A stretch of 64,000 nt of DNA from an uncultured Chloroflexia bacterium (GCA_963751345.1 CAVVUS010000030.1:288001-352000); one strand, 5' to 3'; shown: positions 10,365 to 20,407, counted from the stretch's first letter. Notes: a model not told the origin generated them from the letters alone. Numbers and translations: made by a program.

Positions 10365-11138
10365 ATGTTAGTCAAAGCCGAAACACTCAAGGGTTACAAA
10401 CTGGACAGCCTGGACGGGGAAATAGGGAAGGTCAGAGAATTCTACTTCGATGACCAGTACTGGACGATTCGCTATCTGGTCGCCGACACAGGAAATTGGC
10501 TTACGGACAGGCAGGTGTTGATCTCACCCCATGCGCTGGTCGCCGTGAATCACGAAGAGCAATACATCTCCGTCGACTTGACCAAGAAGCAGATTGAGGA
10601 CAGTCCATCCTTGGAGACTGACAAGCCCGTCTCCCGACAATTCGAGGAGGCTTACTACAGGTATCACGGATTGCCGACGTATTGGAGCGGCCCATACATG
10701 TGGGGAGCTTATCCCAACATTGTGCGTGACCGCGAAGAGTCGAGGGAATCCACCCAGGTTGAGAACCCGCGCAGAGTGGGACGAATCCGCCCAAGTTGAG
10801 AATCGCAGAACTGGGATGCCCATCTGCGCAGCACGCACGATGTGAGTGGCCATCACGTCGAAGCCCCAGACGGCGTGGTTGGCCACGTCGAAGATTTCAT
10901 CATCGATGAGGAGACATGGGCGATTCGCTATCTAGTCATCGATACACGGAACTGGTGGCCGGGGAAGAAGGTCTTGATTTCGCCGCAATGGATCGAGCGC
11001 GTGAGTTGGGACGAGTCGAAAGTATTCGTGAGTGTTCCCCGCGAGACGATCAAGCAGGCACCGGAATACACGGAGGAATCTCCGCTCACCCGGGATTATG
11101 AGGCCGCACTGCATCGCCATTACGATCGCCAAGAATAG
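10365..11138 (+). CDS. Tandem PRC-barrel domain protein (frameshift ~10770)
   Basis: Two copies of DG.(I/V)G.V..F..D...W.IRYLV.DT.NW....VLISP. Confidence 0.88.
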
Positions 11139-11149
11139 AGGAGCATCGA

Positions 11150-12628
11150 ATGAACATCTTGCTGGTTTACCCAGAGTTCCCGGATACCTTCTGGAGTTTC
11201 AAACACGCGCTCAGGTTCATCCGCAAAAAGGCCGGTGCTCCCCCCTTGGGGCTGTTGACCGTGGCCGCGATGTTACCGGCTGCATGGGAAAAACGGCTGG
11301 TAGATCTCAACGCAATCGGCCTGAGCCAAAGAGATCTGCTGTGGGCCGACTATGTCTTCATCAGCGCCATGGTCGTGCAGCGGGATGCCGCGCGTGCCCT
11401 CATCGCGCGCTGCAAGGAGGCGGGCGTGAAAGTCGTGGCGGGCGGCCCCCTCTTTACGATGGAGTATGCAGAGTTTCCCGAAGTGGATCACTTTGTACTC
11501 AACGAAGCTGAGCTCACCTTGCCGCCTTTTTTGTCAGATCTGGCCAACGGGTGCGCGCGCCATCTCTATACGACGACCGAGTATCCCGATATCCGCCAGA
11601 CTCCGGCGCCGCTGTGGCAGTTGGCGGATCTGAAGCAGTACGAAACCGTCAGTATCCAGTTCTCGCGCGGCTGCCCGTTCAACTGCAACTTCTGCAACGT
11701 CACGGCGCTTCTGGGCCATCGCCCACGCACCAAAACAGCCCCACAGATCATCGCCGAGCTGGACAGCCTCTACGCGCTGGGCTGGCGCAAGGGTGTCTTT
11801 TTCGTAGACGATAACTTTATCGGCAACAAGAGGCAACTCAAGGCCGAGATATTGCCGGCGTTGATCACCTGGCGCAAGGGAAAGATCGGAATGCCGTTCA
11901 ACACGGAAGCGTCCATCAATCTGGCCGATGATCCGGAGCTGATGACCCTGATGACGCAGGCCGGGTTCGAAACGGTCTTTGTCGGGATTGAAACGCCGAA
12001 TGAAGACAGCCTGGCCGAATGTAGCAAGACGCAGAACAAAGGGCGAGATCTGGTGGATAGCGTCAAGCGCCTCCAACGGGCGGGACTACAGGTGCAGGGT
12101 GGGTTCATTGTGGGCTTTGACAACGATACCCCGGCGATCTTTCAGCAGCAGATGGACTTCATTCAGCAGAGCGGCATTGTTACGGCAATGGTGGGACTGT
12201 TGCAGGCTCCACCAGGCACGCGCCTTTATGCCCGCATGCAAGAGGAAGATCGCCTGGTGGACGAGATGTCCGGCGACAACGTGGATGGCTCCACCAATAT
12301 CATCCCGAAGATGGGTCTGGCGCCGCTAAGGGCAGGCTATCGCCAACTCCTGGCGCATATCTATGCGCCCCAGTTCTATTACGAGCGTGTGTTGACCTTC
12401 CTCCGCGAGTATCATCCACCCAAAATCAGGACCTCCCCGGATCCGCAGTATCTCCTGGCCCTGGGACGCTCGATCTATCAGCTGGGTATCCGCGCGAAAG
12501 GGCGTGTCCACTATTGGAAAGTCTTTTTCTGGACACTGTTCCGCCGGCCACGCCTCTTCCCGTTGGCCATCACGCTGGCGGTTTACGGCTTCCACTTCCA
12601 ACAAGTGATCGCACTACATGTAGAGTAA
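11150..12628 (+). CDS. B12-binding radical SAM protein (DUF4070 C-terminus)
   Basis: PPLGLLTVAA B12-binding N-terminus; SRGCPFNCNFC CxxxCxxC motif; FFVDDNFIG; GGFIVGFDND. Confidence 0.9.
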   Translation: MNILLVYPEFPDTFWSFKHALRFIRKKAGAPPLGLLTVAAMLPAAWEKRLVDLNAIGLSQRDLLWADYVFISAMVVQRDAARALIARCKEAGVKVVAGGPLFTMEYAEFPEVDHFVLNEAELTLPPFLSDLANGCARHLYTTTEYPDIRQTPAPLWQLADLKQYETVSIQFSRGCPFNCNFCNVTALLGHRPRTKTAPQIIAELDSLYALGWRKGVFFVDDNFIGNKRQLKAEILPALITWRKGKIGMPFNTEASINLADDPELMTLMTQAGFETVFVGIETPNEDSLAECSKTQNKGRDLVDSVKRLQRAGLQVQGGFIVGFDNDTPAIFQQQMDFIQQSGIVTAMVGLLQAPPGTRLYARMQEEDRLVDEMSGDNVDGSTNIIPKMGLAPLRAGYRQLLAHIYAPQFYYERVLTFLREYHPPKIRTSPDPQYLLALGRSIYQLGIRAKGRVHYWKVFFWTLFRRPRLFPLAITLAVYGFHFQQVIALHVE

Positions 12629-12762
12629 GACACATCCCAGCCCACGGGTATGAGACGGCTGGAATTCGAGAACGCGCGCATTGACGCAGGTCCGGCAGAC
12701 GAGCTGAAGGAAATGGGGGGTGGACATCACCCAACAAGCAAATCGCGAAGGAGTGGAATCCT

Positions 12763-13413
12763 ATGTTCCCTATCGGTGATGATGATAGCTCTCGTAGAAC
12801 TGTTCCGTTGGTCACCTATGCCCTGATAGCTCTGAACGTCCTGTTTTTCTTTGTAGAGCTGAGTGGTGGTGATGCTTTCATTGAGAAGTGGGCTTTCGTT
12901 CCTAGCCGCTTCCTTGCCAATCCCGTCGGTGATTTTCTGACGCTCTTCACAGCCATGTTTATGCATGCCGGATGGCTTCACCTGGGTGGCAACATGCTCT
13001 ACCTGTGGATCTTCGGTGACAACGTGGAAGACCGTTTCGGGCACATAAAGTTCACAATCTTTTACTTCCTCTGTGGCCTCGCGGCGACTTTTGCCCAGCT
13101 GGCGTTTAGCGCCGGCTCAAACGTACCGAATTTGGGCGCATCGGGAGCGATTGCCGGCGTGCTGGGGGCCTACATTTTGCTGTTCCCGCAGGGAAAGGTC
13201 AGAGTACTCCAGGGCCGACAAGTGATCCAGGTACCTGCCCTGATCGTCATTGGGCTTTGGATCGTTCTGCAGTTCTTCAGCGGCATTGGTTCGATTGCCA
13301 ACACAGCGGAGACGGGTGGCGTCGCCTACATGGCGCACATTGGTGGATTTGTCGCCGGGTTCATCTTGACCGTTTTGTTTCGCGGGAATCGAAGAGCGCC
13401 GGCCACGCGCTGA
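12763..13413 (+). CDS. Rhomboid family intramembrane serine protease
   Basis: MFMHAGWLHLGGNMLYLWIFGDNVE, GASGAIAG, AHIGGF. Confidence 0.93.
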   Translation: MFPIGDDDSSRRTVPLVTYALIALNVLFFFVELSGGDAFIEKWAFVPSRFLANPVGDFLTLFTAMFMHAGWLHLGGNMLYLWIFGDNVEDRFGHIKFTIFYFLCGLAATFAQLAFSAGSNVPNLGASGAIAGVLGAYILLFPQGKVRVLQGRQVIQVPALIVIGLWIVLQFFSGIGSIANTAETGGVAYMAHIGGFVAGFILTVLFRGNRRAPATR

Positions 13414-13442
13414 ATTCTCACTGTATGGGGAGGTAAACCAAA

Positions 13443-14114
13443 ATGACAGATAGCTACCTTGAGAACTTGCTGGGGGAAAACGAACGCATTATCCTCATCA
13501 CCCGCCAACACTGGCTGGTCCTGATCGGCCGAATCCTGGCCCAAGGCGTGCTTGCCTTGGCCATGGGCATCCTGATCACCCTCATCTGGCGCTTCTGGCT
13601 CCCCCTTTCGCTGGTTCCCCTGGCCTACCTCCTGTTGATCCTGCCCTTACTGGGCATGCTGAGGAATGTGACCATCTGGAGGAGCCGGAAATACGTCGTC
13701 ACAAACTGGCGGGTGCTCCAGATCTCGGGGGTGTTCTCCAAAGAGGTGACGGATTCCTCTTTGGAGAAGATCAATGATATCAAATTGGAGCAATCCTTTT
13801 TGGGGCGGCTGTTGGACTATGGGGACCTCGAAATCCTGACTGCAAGCGAATTGGGCGTCGACCAATTCACGCATATAAGGCAACCCATCCGCTTGAAGAC
13901 GGCCATGTTGAATGCAAAAGAGGAACTGGAACATGGTCAGGCTGGGTTGGGGCATAGCTCGGGGGTAGATATCGCCGGGCCGATTGAGCAGCTAGGCAAT
14001 CTGCGAGACGAGGGACTGCTGACGGAAGAGGAGTTTCAGCAACAGAAAGCGCAAGTGCTGGCCAAGATGCAGAATGCCGATCAATCGCACGACAGCAAGC
14101 ATCCGTCGGGATAG
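13443..14114 (+). CDS. Membrane protein with bacterial PH domain and SHOCT domain
   Basis: Two TM helices; YVVTNWRV...QSFLGRLLDYGDLEI; C-terminal LRDEGLLTEEEFQQQKAQVL. Confidence 0.82.
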   Translation: MTDSYLENLLGENERIILITRQHWLVLIGRILAQGVLALAMGILITLIWRFWLPLSLVPLAYLLLILPLLGMLRNVTIWRSRKYVVTNWRVLQISGVFSKEVTDSSLEKINDIKLEQSFLGRLLDYGDLEILTASELGVDQFTHIRQPIRLKTAMLNAKEELEHGQAGLGHSSGVDIAGPIEQLGNLRDEGLLTEEEFQQQKAQVLAKMQNADQSHDSKHPSG

Positions 14115-14121
14115 GGCAAGC

Positions 14122-15396
14122 ATGTCACTTGATCCATCTTCGAAACCGTATGACTGGGCCTTTCGGCGAGTCGTGTGGGCGACCCTTGTTTTTGTCTTCG
14201 TCGCCCTGAGCTTCTGGCAGCTCTATCGGTTCTACCAAGTCGTTTTCATCCTGTTGCTCGCGATGCTGATGGGCACGGTGATCAGGCCGACCGTAGCCTG
14301 GCTGCAACGGCGGGGACTTCCCCGGTTAGCGGGGGGCATTCTTGTCTACCTCCTACTGCTTGGCTTTCTCACCGGTTTTGTGCTGCTGTTGTTTCCACTG
14401 ATCGTTGAGCAGGGGACGACGATTGCCGCGGCAGTGCCGGACTACTACGATAGCCTGCGCGTGTGGATGGTCGGCCATTCCAATCAGCTGATCGTGCGCC
14501 TCAGTGCATTCCTCCCCGCCGTGCTGCCGGGCCTGAAGCCGATCCAGCAGACGGGACAACAGGTACTGGCGTCTGCAGGGCAAGCGCTAGGTTACCTTGG
14601 CTCGGCGACTAAGGTCATCTTTGTCGCCACGGCTATTCTGCTGCTGGCCTTTTACTGGATGCTCGACGGACCGCGAACCCTCCAATCATGGTTGCTGCTG
14701 GTTCCCAAGGACCGGCGTGAGAGCATTGGCGATTTGGTTACCGCCATTGAGACCAAAGTGGGCGCCTATCTTGTCGGACAAAGCGTCCTGTGCCTGGCCA
14801 TCGGCCTACTGGCGCTGGCGGCCTATCTGCTGATCGGCCTACCCAATGCCCTGGTGCTGGCGCTCATGGCGGGCGTGCTAGAGGCCGTCCCGATGATTGG
14901 GCCACTGCTGGGCGCGATTCCCGCGGCGGTCATCGGCTTGTCCATTGGCCCTACCAAGCTGATTTGGGTGGTCGTCGCCACGATCGTGATTCAGCAAGCG
15001 GAGAACATCGTGCTAGTGCCGCGCGTGATGCGCAAGGCGGTCGGGGTCAACCCATTCGTCTCCCTGCTGGCGTTGTTCGCCTTTGGTTCTCTATTCGGCA
15101 TTGCCGGCGCGCTAATGGCAATTCCTATCGCGGCTATTGCGCAGCTCATACTCAATCGCTTCGTCTTTGGGCCCGAGGCAGCAGGGCCGGAGGTCTCGGA
15201 AGGGCGTGACTATGCCAGCCGGCTGCGCTATGAAGCGCAGGACCTGGCCCAAGACTTACGCAAGCAGGCACGGCTCAAGAAGGGTGGCTCGGAGCTAAGG
15301 GTCAAGCAGATCGATCAGGTGATGGATGAGATTGAGTCCATCACCACCGACCTTGGGACGCTGCTAGCAAAGGCCCGAGACTCGGGCACGCCATGA
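14122..15396 (+). CDS. AI-2E family transporter
   Basis: Multi-TM; VPMIGPLLGAIPA, QQAENIVLVPRVMRKAVGVNP, FGIAGALMAIP. Confidence 0.88.
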   Translation: MSLDPSSKPYDWAFRRVVWATLVFVFVALSFWQLYRFYQVVFILLLAMLMGTVIRPTVAWLQRRGLPRLAGGILVYLLLLGFLTGFVLLLFPLIVEQGTTIAAAVPDYYDSLRVWMVGHSNQLIVRLSAFLPAVLPGLKPIQQTGQQVLASAGQALGYLGSATKVIFVATAILLLAFYWMLDGPRTLQSWLLLVPKDRRESIGDLVTAIETKVGAYLVGQSVLCLAIGLLALAAYLLIGLPNALVLALMAGVLEAVPMIGPLLGAIPAAVIGLSIGPTKLIWVVVATIVIQQAENIVLVPRVMRKAVGVNPFVSLLALFAFGSLFGIAGALMAIPIAAIAQLILNRFVFGPEAAGPEVSEGRDYASRLRYEAQDLAQDLRKQARLKKGGSELRVKQIDQVMDEIESITTDLGTLLAKARDSGTP

Positions 15397-16631
15397 CCAA
15401 GACATTGATACGGTTCAGTACAGCGGTAATGACCACACTGCTGGCGCTGGTGGTGCTATGGCAGTTCCGCATGGTTGCCGTCTATGTGCTGGTCTCAGTA
15501 GCGCTTGCGGCAGCGCTGCGCCCACTGGTGAACCGCCTGGTCGGGCGAAGACTAGTGGTGCGCGGGGCTTGGATTCTGCTTTACGTGGTGGTCCTGGGCG
15601 GATTCGGCCTGCTATTGTTTTTGGCCGGCAGAGGAGTGATCGGTGAGATTCAGGACTTGGCCCGTACCGTAGCGGTACAAGATGCATGGAAGCTGCCCAC
15701 ATGGTTGCAGGGCAGCGCGTTCCAAGGGGTGCTGGCCGCATGGCTGCCCCCACCGAGTAGGCTCTTCGAAGCAATTACCGGCGACCAAGGGCAGCTCGTG
15801 CTGCCGGCCATCTTCGGTTTCACGCAGGGCATTGCCGGCGTCGTGAGCCGTGTACTCATCGTTCTACTCCTGAGCATCTATTGGATCGTCAATCAAGTCC
15901 ACTATGAACGACTCTGGCTGTCGCTGCTTCCGCCGGGGCAGCGCAGGCAAGTGCGTAGCATTTGGCGTACCATCGAACCGAATCTTGGTGCTTACATCCG
16001 CAGCCAAGCAGTCCAAAGTCTCCTGGCGGGGCTAGTGCTGGGCCTGGGTTACTGGGCGCTCGGGTCACCCTATCCGATCCTGTTGGCCCTGGTTGGTGCT
16101 CTGGCAGGCCTGATACCCATGGTTGGGGCGCCCCTGGCGGTGGTCTCACCCCTCTTGGTGGGGCTACTGACCAGTGTACAGCTTAGCCTGGTTACAGTTC
16201 TGTATACCCTCGTCGTCTTGGTTGCGCTGGGGATATGGGTCTGGCCGCGCCTCTTCAACCGCAGGTGGGACAATCCCATTCTCACCATCGTTCTACTCAT
16301 AGCCCTGGAAAGCGCTTTTGGCCTCCTTGGCATTCTCATAGCGCCGCCCATATCGGCCGTATGCCAAATCCTGTGGGACCTCCTGGTCAGTCATCGGCGT
16401 GCCTCCGGCGCTGCAGCCCAGGTTTCGGACCTGAAGGAGCGGCAGGAACGGGTGGGGGCCATCATCAGGGCAATGGACGAGGCGCCTCCGGCATTGGTGA
16501 CGAGTAGTATGGAGCGGCTTACCGAGCTGATTGCTGAAGCAGAACCCGTTCTGCACGCCGTCGAGCCACTCCAAGTGACGAAGGCTATTATCACTGCTGA
16601 AAGTGGTTCGTTTCTACCCCCAAAACCATAG
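15393..16631 (+). CDS. AI-2E family transporter (second paralog)
   Basis: Multi-TM; AALRPLV, LIPMVGAPL, FGLLGILIAPP; ATGA overlap with the previous gene. Confidence 0.82.
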   Translation: MTKTLIRFSTAVMTTLLALVVLWQFRMVAVYVLVSVALAAALRPLVNRLVGRRLVVRGAWILLYVVVLGGFGLLLFLAGRGVIGEIQDLARTVAVQDAWKLPTWLQGSAFQGVLAAWLPPPSRLFEAITGDQGQLVLPAIFGFTQGIAGVVSRVLIVLLLSIYWIVNQVHYERLWLSLLPPGQRRQVRSIWRTIEPNLGAYIRSQAVQSLLAGLVLGLGYWALGSPYPILLALVGALAGLIPMVGAPLAVVSPLLVGLLTSVQLSLVTVLYTLVVLVALGIWVWPRLFNRRWDNPILTIVLLIALESAFGLLGILIAPPISAVCQILWDLLVSHRRASGAAAQVSDLKERQERVGAIIRAMDEAPPALVTSSMERLTELIAEAEPVLHAVEPLQVTKAIITAESGSFLPPKP

Positions 16632-16642
16632 GGGGACACGCG

Positions 16643-17617
16643 ATGATCGTACCCAGGGTAAGACGCTATGTCGCACAGCTCCGGCAGCAGGGCATCCGCA
16701 ACGTGCACCGGCTCAACAAGCTGACACACGGTTGGTTAGGAATAGTGGCAAGGGCGGCCCAAGCAACCCTCAAGCCCGAATCAGGGATTATGGCCGCGGC
16801 GATCGCCTACTACGCCCTCTTCTCCCTCTTTCCCATTACGCTCTTGAGCATCGCGATTGGCAGCTTCGGCCTTGGCCCGGCGATGGAACAACAAGCCATC
16901 ATTCAAAGGCTGGAGTTTATCGCGCCTGCCCTAGGCCAGTTGTTGGGCAAGAATATCGACGCAATCATCCAAGCGCGTGGGCCCATCACCGGTGTTGCTT
17001 TGGTGAGCCTGATCTGGTCCGCCTCTACCGTTTTCTACACGCTGACACTCTCTCTGAATGATATGTGGGAAATCAGACGTCGTCGCGCGGTCTGGAAGCG
17101 CCGTGGCTTAGCCGTGTTGTCTGTCTTGGTCCTCGTGGGCCCGGCTCTCTTCCTGGCGTCATTTGCCAGCAGTATGATTGCCAACCTACGCCCCTGGTTG
17201 CCCGACGCACTCATCCCGATCGGGAGCGGCGTCAGTTTGGCGCTGGCGCTTCTACTCGACGTCGTCTCGTTTATGGTGCTCTACATGCTGCTTCCGCGTG
17301 GCACGTCTACCTGGCGCGAGATCATGCCCGGCGCAGTCGGGGCAGGCTTGCTTTGGGAACTGGCGAAGAAAGCATTCTTGTCTTTTGTCTCCACCTACGT
17401 CTCTGTCTCGAACCTGGTCTATGGTTCAGTGGCCGCCGTTATCGCCTTCCTGGCCTGGGCCTATCTGACCAGCCTGATCTTCCTCTTTGGCGCTTACTTA
17501 AGCGTCTCTTACCACCGGCTCAGGCAGCAGCAACGAAAAGCGACAGCCCCAGACACAGATGTCCCCTTGTCAGATCGTATGGCTGTTCCTGCCATCGGTC
17601 CTGGGGAGCTGCCGTGA
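16643..17617 (+). CDS. YihY/virulence factor BrkB family membrane protein
   Basis: AAAIAYYALFSLFP, VYGSVAAVIAFLAWAYLTSLIFLFGA. Confidence 0.9.
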   Translation: MIVPRVRRYVAQLRQQGIRNVHRLNKLTHGWLGIVARAAQATLKPESGIMAAAIAYYALFSLFPITLLSIAIGSFGLGPAMEQQAIIQRLEFIAPALGQLLGKNIDAIIQARGPITGVALVSLIWSASTVFYTLTLSLNDMWEIRRRRAVWKRRGLAVLSVLVLVGPALFLASFASSMIANLRPWLPDALIPIGSGVSLALALLLDVVSFMVLYMLLPRGTSTWREIMPGAVGAGLLWELAKKAFLSFVSTYVSVSNLVYGSVAAVIAFLAWAYLTSLIFLFGAYLSVSYHRLRQQQRKATAPDTDVPLSDRMAVPAIGPGELP

Positions 17618-17639
17618 ACCCCTCTCCAGCCGGCCTGAC

Positions 17640-17760
17640 TCAGCGATCGGCATAGACCCCTCTCCACATCAAGCGGAGCAGGCTCAAAGTCAGATCATCT
17701 GAGAGTGGAGCTACAACTCCACACCGCATCGATGAAGGCCACAGCAGTGTGATGTATGCT
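17640..17760 (+). promoter_or_regulatory. Conserved promoter element, copy B
   Basis: CTCCAC-N5-GCGGAG (17662-17678), GTGGAG-N6-CTCCAC (17705-17722), 32 nt, TATGCT (17755-17760). Confidence 0.72.
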
Positions 17761-17794
17761 AAGAGTATGCAAAGGGTAGGCGCATTGTCACCAG

Positions 17795-18433
17795 GTGAAG
17801 AAGGGCGGCATGGTTACTCAGTTGGCTCGTAAGGGGTGGCTGATGGTGGTGCGAAGTATGATCGCCCTGCTAATTGGCTTGGCGGCTCTCCGGCCGGGCG
17901 CCACTCTGACGACACTTGTGCTGTTATTTGGCCTCTGTGCGCTGGCAGACGGCCTCTTGGCCCTGACCGTGGTGAGCCGGCTTGAACGCTACGAATTGGA
18001 GCACGGATGGATGTTGCTGCTCAAGGGACTGGCAAGCATCGCCATCGGGGCACTTACCTTCCTTTGGCCGAGCGTCACAGTGCCGGCACTGGTCTCTCTC
18101 ATCGCCGCCTGGTTGATCCTGACCGGCGCGTTTGAGGTCGGAGCGGTGCTTGATCTGCGCAACGCAGCCGAGCGCGAACGGCGGATGGCTTGGGACGCCC
18201 TGGTCAAGCGCCAGACCCAAATGGCTTGGGACGGCAGGGTCGAGCGCAAGACCCGCTACGCGCACGCTGAGCAGATGGCCTGGGACAAACAGAGCGACCG
18301 GAAGATGCGCGGCGCAGGCGTTGGAGGGTTCGGGCACGGACTATACGCGGGAGCGGTGCACTACTCTGCCCGGAGCACCGCAATCGTGAATGAGGGCAGT
18401 CTATCTGCGGGATCCGGGAGGGTCGAATTATGA
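17795..18433 (+). CDS. HdeD/DUF308 family membrane protein with atypical MAWD-repeat C-terminus
   Basis: PGATLTTLVLLFG..ALADG, LLLKGLASIAIGALTFLWP, LIAAWLILTGAFEV; then three MAWD repeats. Confidence 0.75.
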   Translation: MKKGGMVTQLARKGWLMVVRSMIALLIGLAALRPGATLTTLVLLFGLCALADGLLALTVVSRLERYELEHGWMLLLKGLASIAIGALTFLWPSVTVPALVSLIAAWLILTGAFEVGAVLDLRNAAERERRMAWDALVKRQTQMAWDGRVERKTRYAHAEQMAWDKQSDRKMRGAGVGGFGHGLYAGAVHYSARSTAIVNEGSLSAGSGRVEL

Positions 18434-18667
18434 ACAAGGACATATTCGAGGGCAAGTGGAAGCAGCTACAGGGTCAGGCCAAACGAGTGGTGGGGCAAGC
18501 TCACCGACGACGACCTGAAGCGAGTCGGCGGCCAGTTCAACCAATTCGTGGGCGTGCTCCAGGTAGAGTGTGCCTACACCCGCGAGCACGCCGAAGAGGA
18601 GATCGACCGGCGAATGGCGGAGCACGAAGCCCACCGGCAGGAGGTCGCGACTCCGGCCAGAAAATAA
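18430..18667 (+). CDS. csbD: CsbD family general stress protein (frameshift ~18485)
   Basis: MNKDIFEGKWKQLQGQAK(E)WWGKLTDDDL...YTREHAEEEIDR; TAA 18665-18667. Confidence 0.85.
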
Positions 18668-18775
18668 CTCGATAAACCTATCCCTGCAAGTCTACATGGC
18701 AGTTGGGGACAGGTCATCGCGAATCGTGTGGAATATGGACAACTCGTGATCTTAAGACTTAGTACGGAGAAACCT

Positions 18776-19040
18776 ATGCCAAACCTTCTGATTTACCTAA
18801 TCGTTGCAGCGGTGATCGGCTGGGTAGCGAGCGAGCTCATGCATGACCGCTCGGGCCTGCTGCTCAATATCATCGTGGCCGTCGTGGGCGCTTTCCTGGC
18901 CGGCTACTTCCTCAGCCCCATCTTCAGGGTCGGGACCATCAACGATGCGATCACCATTCCGACTATGCTGGTTACGCTTGCTGGGCGCCGTCATCCTGCT
19001 GGCAATCGTCAATCTCTTCCGCAGGGGTAGGCGGCGATAA
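18776..19040 (+). CDS. GlsB/YeaQ/YmgE (transglycosylase-associated) stress membrane protein (frameshift)
   Basis: VIGWVASELM...GLLLNIIVAVVGAFLAG...LLGAVILLAIVNLFRR. Confidence 0.85.
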
Positions 19041-19124
19041 CCTGCTGATGGTCCGATGTCAGCTGTCCCATCAAGGGAAGGTCAAGCGATATCCCGTTAT
19101 CTGAGGGATACAGGGAGGACAACC

Positions 19125-19621
19125 ATGTCTATGAATCAACCGACCGATCAAGTGCCCGTGGATCGGCGCGAGGAAACCGTGGTCACCCAGCAACCGGGCT
19201 ATGCGGCGACCGAGCAGGTAACTCGCGATGTTGCTGCCGAGCGGCAGCAGACTTTGTTCCAGATCAACCGGATCATCTGGAGCATTCTGGGCCTACTTGG
19301 AGATCCTACTAGGGCTGCGCTTCATGTTCAAGTTGATTGGGGCCAATCCAGACAGCGGCTTTGCCGCTCTCATATATGGAATCACGGACCTGTTCGTTGC
19401 GCCGTTTGCACTGCTTGGTGGGAACGCCTGCATCCGGCGGAATGAGCCTCGAGCTGACGACCCTGATTGCGATGGGAATCTATGCCCTGATCACTTGGGG
19501 CATCGTCCGCGTGATCCAGATCGCTACGGATCGTCCCAGGGCGCGCACGGTCACGCGCTCGGTATGGGAGCAGACAGGCCCGGGCACGGAACGTACGACA
19601 CACACCACCCGCAGCGGATAG
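19125..19621 (+). CDS. YggT-like membrane protein (frameshifts)
   Basis: LEILLGLRFMFKLIGANPDSGFAALIYGITDLFVAPF...LELTTLIAMGIYALITWGIVR across frames. Confidence 0.72.
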
Positions 19622-19679
19622 GCGCAATTCAGACCTCAATCGAGCGTTTTATCAGCCCATAACACAGGAGAAGAACAGA

Positions 19680-20030
19680 ATGAACGAACATGACTACGAA
19701 TGCGCAGACGATAACAGTCAACTGGGAGGCTTTCTTGCCGGACTGCTCATAGGTGGATTGGCCGGCGCCGGGGCGATGCTGTTCCTGGCGCCGCAATCGG
19801 GGAAAAAGACACGCGCCACGGTTCAGAAGAAAGGCATCGAGCTGCGCGATCAGATGGTCAAGACTGTGGAAGATGCGTCGGCGCAGGTCCGCGATAAAGT
19901 CCACCAGATCTCGGACGATGTTCAGGAGCAGGCTGAGGACCTACAGCAGCGTGGGCAGGATGCGATCGATGAGCAAAGGGACAATTTGTCCCACACCCTC
20001 AAGGATTTGGGGAAGGCCGTCAAGTCTTGA
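19680..20030 (+). CDS. YtxH domain-containing general stress protein
   Basis: GFLAGLLIGGLAGAGAMLFLAPQSGKKTR followed by a coiled coil. Confidence 0.88.
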   Translation: MNEHDYECADDNSQLGGFLAGLLIGGLAGAGAMLFLAPQSGKKTRATVQKKGIELRDQMVKTVEDASAQVRDKVHQISDDVQEQAEDLQQRGQDAIDEQRDNLSHTLKDLGKAVKS

Positions 20031-20164
20031 TGGCGACGGGCCGGATAGCGCTGCAATAATCCGGTCAACCGGTTGCGCGGAAGTATCAGCTTTGGCTTTG
20101 CCTTGTAGCCCGGGCAACAGTTGCTCCGGCGGCAGCCAAACAGCTTTTCAAAAGGAGAAGACCC

Positions 20165-20323
20165 ATGTTGTGGACGATCATCGTGATACTCGTCGTACTA
20201 TGGTTGCTCGGCTTTTTCGGTCGGAACATCAGCTCAAGATTCCCACAGACCGGCAGTTGGATCCATCTCTGATCGTTATCGCCGTCATCCTCATCATCTT
20301 GAGACCTCCTTGGGGTAGTGTAA
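20165..20323 (+). CDS. Small lmo0937/DUF5670-like membrane protein (indels)
   Basis: RBS AAGGAG; MLWTIIVILVVLWLLGFFG...GSWIH..IVIAVILIILR; missing from the ORF track. Confidence 0.75.
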
Positions 20324-20407
20324 CCCTCTCTCGCGGCGATGATGTGGCCGGGTCCGCCGGAAGCTTGCGTGACGGACCCGGCTCCAGGTAATGGGAAAGG
20401 AGACTCT

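Noticed and set aside
10746-10805. Direct repeat GAATCC(A/G)CCCA(G/A)GTTGAGAA as a mini-CRISPR
   Set aside because: Only two copies, within the PRC-barrel linker coding sequence, and no cas genes. It is a local duplication.
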